DNA of 64,000 nt from positions 77,821 to 141,820 of the forward strand of contig PDIP01000031.1 of the NCBI GenBank assembly GCA_002811645.1. Reading direction: 5' to 3'. A program made the translations under genes and the position numbers. The notes under the pieces were generated by a model that saw only the letters and a program-made list of their open reading frames with translations, searched no databases and was not told the DNA's origin. Below are positions 59,001 to 64,000 of this stretch, one piece after another. How positions within the stretch are numbered: the stretch's first letter is position 1; every line of letters starts with the position of its first letter. Source of the stretch: Corallochytrium limacisporum Hawaii (lineage: Eukaryota; Protista; Pluriformea).

Positions 59001-60765
59001 GAATCCTATAGCAGCGCCAAAGACGTCAAAGCAATTGACACAAAAGCAACCTGAAGCAATGCCAAATCCCTCGACGAGTCCGGACTCCGAAACCATGCTC
59101 CGGCGCCCGACGGGCCTCACCCGTCGGGCTGTGGTGTCTTCAGGGGGAGACAACGCGTCCAATCCGTTTACCATCGACGACAGTGACGGTGATAGTAGCA
59201 ACAGCAGTCAGGCAGTTGAAGATAACCGACTTGTGGCTGACGGTGATGTGCCTTCCGATACCCCTGTTGTCCACAAGCGCGATAGTCGAGCCACAAAATT
59301 GAAATTGATCGAGTCACAGGCCAGTCATGACGACATTCTATCGTCAGAGGATGAGGATGATGATAACAGTGACGATCCCAATCGCTATGTGGCCGATTCA
59401 TTCATCCATGATGGCAGTGAAACACCGCACAGCGCAGTGACGGGGGCGTCGCTAACGCAGCAGACCCAAAGTGGTGGGCCTCTTAGTGTGCCGAAACCCT
59501 ATGTGCAGAGTACCTCGCCGACAGACGGTCTGCCGGACCATCTGAAGGACGCGGTGCGTCGCATTGAACAACAAGCCGAAGAGAAGAAGCAAGGACGCAA
59601 GCGCAAACAGGCCGTCGTAGAAAAGCGCACTCGTCAGCAAAAGCATGTGGCTCTTTTGATCAGCAGTGAGGAAGATGACGATGACAATGAATGCATTCTT
59701 CAGATTGCGCAGGCGCATAAACGACAGGCCATGAACAATGTGCGCCAGGCACACCAGCCACCGGACACGGTGCTCAAGGGCACTAGTGGTGGTGGATTCC
59801 AAACCGCAGCCGCCACCATGGGCATGGACACGAGGACCAGTGCCACAGCGGCTATCCATCCCTTTCCGGTGCCGCCACCTTCCGTCAAGTTTATCGATGA
59901 TAGCAGCAATGAGGACGCGACGAAGGCGGGCGAGGAGCCTGTTGCACTTTCCCCGAACCAGAGCTCTGTCGCTGCTGCCAGATACACCGATCTTGCTACT
60001 TCTGTAGCGGATGCTCCCCTGCCAGTCTTCACGGGCACAACACAGGGTACGCCATCTTCTCAGCCGCCCAGACGCCCAGACGATCCGGTGCTACTTGTGG
60101 ATCGCATGGAAACAAAGTACGGAGTTTCTGCGGTAATGCTTAAGCGACAAATTCCGGGAGTACGGGTAATTGTAGGGGGAAAAGAAGAGCTGAATGGAGC
60201 GAGCTTTGTGCTCAGTGCAAAGACGTGCGTGTTGCACTGGAAGGCAAAGTCCTTGGCAACAGCTGCAAAACGCGAAGAGCTCCATCTCCTGCTTGTTCAC
60301 CTCAAGACAGTCTTTGACCACATCTACGTGCTTCTGGACAACGAGGGCGGGGGTGAGCTATGTGGAGAGGGTGGGTTTGGCGCGGATACGCTAACGATCC
60401 ACACAGTGGAGTCCGCGCTGCCCTCAGTGATGAGGTACGCAACTGTCCTAGACTGCGAGAACTTGGACGCTGTGGCGGACATCGTGATCCACCTCTTCAA
60501 GGACATTTTGGACCATGAAGAGAACACTCTCCTGCGAGCTAGAGAGGTGGTGAAGCCAGATGGTGATCCAATAATGCAGCTACTGCTGACGATTCCTTCC
60601 CTCAGCTACATCACGGCGTGTCGTGTTCGGGAGGGTCTCTCGTTCGCTAGTATGACTCTTGCCGATGTCTTGAGCTGCTCCGACACCGCCCAATATCGAA
60701 AGCATTTCCCCTGGCTGCCCGAACGAGCCATGTTTGCCATGATCCGGCATTTCAACTCGGTTTAG
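56059..60765 (+). CDS. FANCM: FANCM DEAH helicase/translocase with C-terminal ERCC4-like and HhH-like region
   Basis: RDYQ, NTLVCLPTGLGKT, MAPTKPLV, IDEAHKATGNYAY, LALSATPG, HPKL, STSVGEEGIDIGEVDLI, QRKGRTGRKR. C-terminal LLVDRME and LLTIPSLSY. Confidence 0.95.
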   Translation: MASQTSMLRFLQPKGESGERRKEKGKQSTLVPAGLGASSKRVASQAKMAKMSPKGFSNDDFLDDTVFESIDLAEIDKLAEQKSRASKEVAQQKIQGTNGSVSSKAYNAITNYVSGGKSMALSPFQEKNDDEGANPSIRKGVPRDDTFKRRGWPVFEEDEGYKWYFPRKEGMQERDYQRNIVAKCLFSNTLVCLPTGLGKTFIAAVLMYNFYRWFPEGKLIFMAPTKPLVQQQIRACYEIMRVPQHEMICLTGEVNNKVRREEWMVRRLFFATPQTVYADLADGIAPSKSIVCVVIDEAHKATGNYAYVQVVKTLLSAGARFRVLALSATPGDNLDVVQSVLSNLRISTVEIRDEGSIDVAPYVHGKSHEKIVVSMTKGLEELLKVVNANADRYLKACQASGVQVYQRDVNRLTVGACFMMQKKAPPGTGRSWAYGLYRLLRFREAVTFYGYGTAMSMLLENATKDQKNKRGKAGGNQDEARYMDVLQRLIDSGELHPKLVKLIDILQKFIQDKPESRAIVFTHYRESSGEIVGKLSEINGIQAAEFTGQGTAKGRKGMTQKVQQQLIQRFSSGELNVIVSTSVGEEGIDIGEVDLIINYDHFTSTTKATQRKGRTGRKRKGRVVDLVTPGVEEMTLSKTKKSTSSYAQTLRTTISRCEMAGAAPWGRMVPKHIIPRIEYLDITVEDKMAQFQPYSNRRSVTSRSSKTNLNDSVGSIEDTSVVSAYRKKRKLEDLLDSIINPQRLTETKRLFIMKDPNWGFDAKQALRIHASRFQLTHRSYEGPYMGTSPLTHGYRKILYGLQSGRFKTAELTSLLGTKPDGISSPELLSDLGSRGVALCVDDDVMALDEAGIEEVTTALYDNDPPSPIFKCQEFGPVPSPGRLLEPLLSRDTGPKHRSTSNAKRPHLQSCVPSSAIRAQPVEIMREIIQRAPPPPKTTTSTTTIQSVFTDDSDDDDTSMMMAMMAAADKAEKTVTTATLSKNPIAAPKTSKQLTQKQPEAMPNPSTSPDSETMLRRPTGLTRRAVVSSGGDNASNPFTIDDSDGDSSNSSQAVEDNRLVADGDVPSDTPVVHKRDSRATKLKLIESQASHDDILSSEDEDDDNSDDPNRYVADSFIHDGSETPHSAVTGASLTQQTQSGGPLSVPKPYVQSTSPTDGLPDHLKDAVRRIEQQAEEKKQGRKRKQAVVEKRTRQQKHVALLISSEEDDDDNECILQIAQAHKRQAMNNVRQAHQPPDTVLKGTSGGGFQTAAATMGMDTRTSATAAIHPFPVPPPSVKFIDDSSNEDATKAGEEPVALSPNQSSVAAARYTDLATSVADAPLPVFTGTTQGTPSSQPPRRPDDPVLLVDRMETKYGVSAVMLKRQIPGVRVIVGGKEELNGASFVLSAKTCVLHWKAKSLATAAKREELHLLLVHLKTVFDHIYVLLDNEGGGELCGEGGFGADTLTIHTVESALPSVMRYATVLDCENLDAVADIVIHLFKDILDHEENTLLRAREVVKPDGDPIMQLLLTIPSLSYITACRVREGLSFASMTLADVLSCSDTAQYRKHFPWLPERAMFAMIRHFNSV

Positions 60766-61020
60766 AGTATAGAGTGATCCCAGTGGGAGTGATGCATGAG
60801 TCTTGGATCCACGTTCCCCTTGAGAAAGTGACACGGTGCCCATCCACGTATCCCTCTTCGGTGTCCACCCCTCCCCCCCCCTTCCCCAAGGCTAGCTCGA
60901 GCCATCCACCGCAACCACAGAACTATCTCCGTGAAATAAGCGACCGACAGCTCCCGACCCGGCCACGGGCGCAGTACTTTGGGTACCGAGTGTGTCTTCG
61001 ATTGGACCGTGCTAAAGGCC

Positions 61021-61041
61021 CTCCCCCGGGGGGGGGGGGGG
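61021..61041. repeat. CT-C5-G14 homopolymer junction
   Basis: Read directly from the sequence, between the FANCM stop and the PhyH start. Confidence 0.9.
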
Positions 61042-61481
61042 TAGTAACTTTTTTTTTCCACTCGCTGTTAACCGCTTACTAAGTTTGTCCGCCTGGTCCG
61101 CGAACCTTGCGAACTCGCAACCAAATTTTTTGGATCTGGTCGGACACCAGGAAATGCAACGGGAAATACTGACCCGATTCGGTTGCTGAGGTAGGGGAGT
61201 GCAGATGTGTACTCCCAAACTAATTTGGCGGGTCTCTTGAGTGCAGTCTACGACTGATTGGTTCCGTAATAGATTTTCTACCTCTTCCACGTATTTACAG
61301 ACTCCCTGCCAACGATCACTTGCGTAGTCTGTGAACATCAGTAAGCTGTTTTTGGATAGGAAGTGCGGTCCGCAGGACTGGGACATCCTCGGTGGTCGGC
61401 AACCATATCAGATATCGGGATCGATAGACATTCAGTAAAACACACAGAGAGGAAAGAAAACTTAACACACAAAGTACAATC

Positions 61482-63407
61482 ATGGCGTTTTTATTTGGCG
61501 GACCATTTATTCGAATGGGTGCCCGCATGGGACTGATCCACCAAACCACAGAAGATGTTATGGTTCCAGGGTTTCAGCACGTTCGGGACATTTTCCCTTT
61601 GGGCACAGTCTTCCGGATGGAGCCCGCATACGGATTGGTCACGGACCTTCCTGCCTACAACGACATCGTAAACCACGGACTCGTGGCTCCACTCTATGAT
61701 TTTGGTGGGCCAGCACAAGAGATCCTCAAGCGTTCCTTTGTCCTTGAGCCGGGCCCGAGGCCGGGCACCTACCGACTGTCTAGCATGGCTGACAGGAGTC
61801 GGCACTTGGCCGTGAATCCGCACAATGCCAATGTAAGGGTCGTTTCTGGTGACGGTCCACAAACGGTTTTCCTATTTTGCCGCAGTCCCAACCATCCTGC
61901 AGCAAAGAAGGCAGCGGGCAATCCTCTGCTGGGAAGAGATACCATGCCCAACGGCGTGGATAAGCATCAAAAGAACCGACCGTTCCCGGTGGATTCGGTT
62001 ATGATAGTACCCCTGCCACGCCGTGGAGATGGTTGGTGTATTGCTCTGGATATGCCGCCGGCACAATTCGGCCAGAGCGAACGTCAGGGTGGGCGTTTGA
62101 TTGGCAATTGCATCCGCGGCAACATTGCGCAGATTAACCCCAATACTGGTGGGACTGCGTTGTTTCATCTCATGCCCACCGGAGAGCCCACACAGCCATT
62201 TGATCCCCCAGAATGGTTGGAGAAGAGGATGAAGAAAGAAAACAAAGCAAAGGAAAAGAAAGATAAGAAAAAGAATGGGGCAGCAGCGGAAGTAGGAGCA
62301 GCCACGGCAGCAGGCAGCGCCGCCATCTCTGCCTCTGGCGCTGGGGTCAGCGGTGCCAGCACAGGCGACCGCTCTGTCCATCTCTCCGACTACGAAGCTA
62401 ATCTTGGTGGGAATCCTGAGGACTATCTGCCACTACATCTTGTCGGTCCTAAGAGCCAGACTTTGACTGTTCACCGGAAACTGGCACAACAAATGCTCAC
62501 GCAAGAGCAACTGTTCAATTTTGCCAAAGATGGTTTTATCGTTCTGCCAGGAGTCGTACCAGAGAGCATGGTCAATGCTGCGCGTCAGGTCATTGACACC
62601 CATCTGCAGAAGTGTGCAGCTCAGGGCCGTGATCCGTACGTTATGAGCAATGGACCGCGGCCACAAAAGATCCTCGGGCCGAACGTGCAGGACTCGCCAG
62701 AAATAACAGGCATTTGCTCAGGCACACCGGTGCTGGCTGCAGCAGAATTCCTTTTCGGAGAGCCAGCGTACCCGGTCTGGCCTCCGAACCAGGCTCAATG
62801 CGCAGTGACGATGCCGAACAGCGATGAGGGCGCCTTTGGATGGCACATTGACGGTATGGGCTTGCGTGACGTGCCGGACGAGAATCCGTTTTGTCTTCTA
62901 GTTGGTATCAGCCTCAGTCCGCAGCTAGATTACGAGAATGGTCCCCTCTGCCTGCTGCCAGGTAGTCACCGTGAGGTCCTGGATGAGCTGCGACCTCGGT
63001 ACGATCGTACAACCACAGAGGACCGCTGTCTCCAGAGTCGCATGCTCGAACAAACGATGAATGCACACGAACGCGAGAACGAGGACGTCCGTCGTCGCCA
63101 TGAGCTAATGAAAGCAGTGCGAACGGTCAAGGACGAACACGCGCGACGGCCCGGGGCCATTACTGAGGGTCATCGTGGGCGGGAACCACGGGGTTCCCCC
63201 ATTTTCCTTGCTCCCGGAGACGCGGCGCTGGTTCACTCGAGAGTCATTCATCGGGGGAGCCGTTGCAGAACTGTTGGACAGCCGCGATACCAGGTCTACT
63301 TTCGCCTAAGTCCCCGGAATCGGCCCCGAAGACCCGAAGCTCAGCATGATCTTTTCGGAGAGTTCCAGGGGATCTCCAGACAGCCGTTCGCGAACGCATT
63401 GCATTGA
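61482..63407 (+). CDS. PhyH-family Fe(II)/2-oxoglutarate dioxygenase with uncharacterised N-terminal beta-rich domain
   Basis: LTQEQLFNFAKDGFIVLPGVV, WHIDG (HxD), ENGPLCLLPGSH, LAPGDAALVHSRVIHRG, PRYQVYFR. Confidence 0.85.
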   Translation: MAFLFGGPFIRMGARMGLIHQTTEDVMVPGFQHVRDIFPLGTVFRMEPAYGLVTDLPAYNDIVNHGLVAPLYDFGGPAQEILKRSFVLEPGPRPGTYRLSSMADRSRHLAVNPHNANVRVVSGDGPQTVFLFCRSPNHPAAKKAAGNPLLGRDTMPNGVDKHQKNRPFPVDSVMIVPLPRRGDGWCIALDMPPAQFGQSERQGGRLIGNCIRGNIAQINPNTGGTALFHLMPTGEPTQPFDPPEWLEKRMKKENKAKEKKDKKKNGAAAEVGAATAAGSAAISASGAGVSGASTGDRSVHLSDYEANLGGNPEDYLPLHLVGPKSQTLTVHRKLAQQMLTQEQLFNFAKDGFIVLPGVVPESMVNAARQVIDTHLQKCAAQGRDPYVMSNGPRPQKILGPNVQDSPEITGICSGTPVLAAAEFLFGEPAYPVWPPNQAQCAVTMPNSDEGAFGWHIDGMGLRDVPDENPFCLLVGISLSPQLDYENGPLCLLPGSHREVLDELRPRYDRTTTEDRCLQSRMLEQTMNAHERENEDVRRRHELMKAVRTVKDEHARRPGAITEGHRGREPRGSPIFLAPGDAALVHSRVIHRGSRCRTVGQPRYQVYFRLSPRNRPRRPEAQHDLFGEFQGISRQPFANALH

Positions 63408-64000
63408 TCATGGGGAACCAACCCCCCGTCTTCAAAGCCCGTATATCATTACAACTGTGGTAGTCGTAGAACATATTCTTCAACTCTCTTTTTTTTTTCA
63501 CGGACTCGCTTGTGCCTTGTGCACATCAAAGTAGCACTTGGACAATCATCCCGTATATTCAACAGCGAGGGTTCTCCGAAAAAGGCCCGAAGAGAATGTT
63601 TTTGTGGCTAAATGGGGGGGGGGGTGTAGGGTGGGCTTTGTTCCCGACTTCTACGAGCGGGCCGTGCAAATCATGTACCCAAACGACTTCGTACAGATCC
63701 AAATTTCGGGAAGCACGGGGCGGTGCCAAGAAGCCAGTAGGGGCACCAGCTCAGCGGCTGCTGAAGGCGTGTGTGGTTTTATACTAGCCGCGAGCAAGCG
63801 ACGATTAAATTCGGCATGTGATCAGTTCGTCCTTGCCAGCCGTCTGAGCCGAAAAAATGGACCAGTCTGCATTTTTTTCATCTTCCGTGCTCTGTGGACG
63901 GCTCAATTCAGTTCCTGCAGGAAACGGTACCACCCTCTGTCTGGGAATATTGTATCAAATCTACTCATTTTGATTTAGCTCTGCCGTCGCTTGGGAGAGC

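Overview
Gene-dense eukaryotic genomic DNA with 16 complete protein-coding genes and probably the 5' end of a 17th at the left edge. About 49.6 kb of the 64 kb is coding, and every CDS (up to 9.7 kb) is one uninterrupted ORF. Gene order: gamma-glutamyltranspeptidase, mitochondrial RAP/FASTK-like protein, beta-COP, stand-alone gamma-glutamyl-phosphate reductase, BAR-RhoGAP, OPA1, SAM methyltransferase, cyclophilin, a 3241-aa coiled-coil protein, a Cys-rich multi-TM receptor-like protein, proteasome Rpt4, a membrane F-box protein, UBR1/2, IFT144/WDR19, FANCM and a PhyH-family dioxygenase fusion. Animal-type OPA1 and FANCM, a fungal-like separate PRO2 and the lack of coding introns point (inference) to an intron-poor unicellular holozoan, Corallochytrium-like. 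I could not support any tRNA, rRNA, CRISPR array or transposon, and found no clear multi-gene novel pathway. The most unusual signals are non-coding. (1) A sense-strand AYGTAR hexamer, mostly a start-stop ATG-TAA/TAG that is often in frame, lies 33-65 nt upstream of 9 of 17 starts. (2) Tiny GT-AG intron-like segments occur in 5' leaders. (3) C-run/G-run palindromes and long G/C homopolymers are confined to promoter-containing spacers. (4) A shared IFT144/FANCM promoter carries X-box-like and E2F-like sites. All four are hypotheses from reading by eye and need genome-wide and transcript-level tests.
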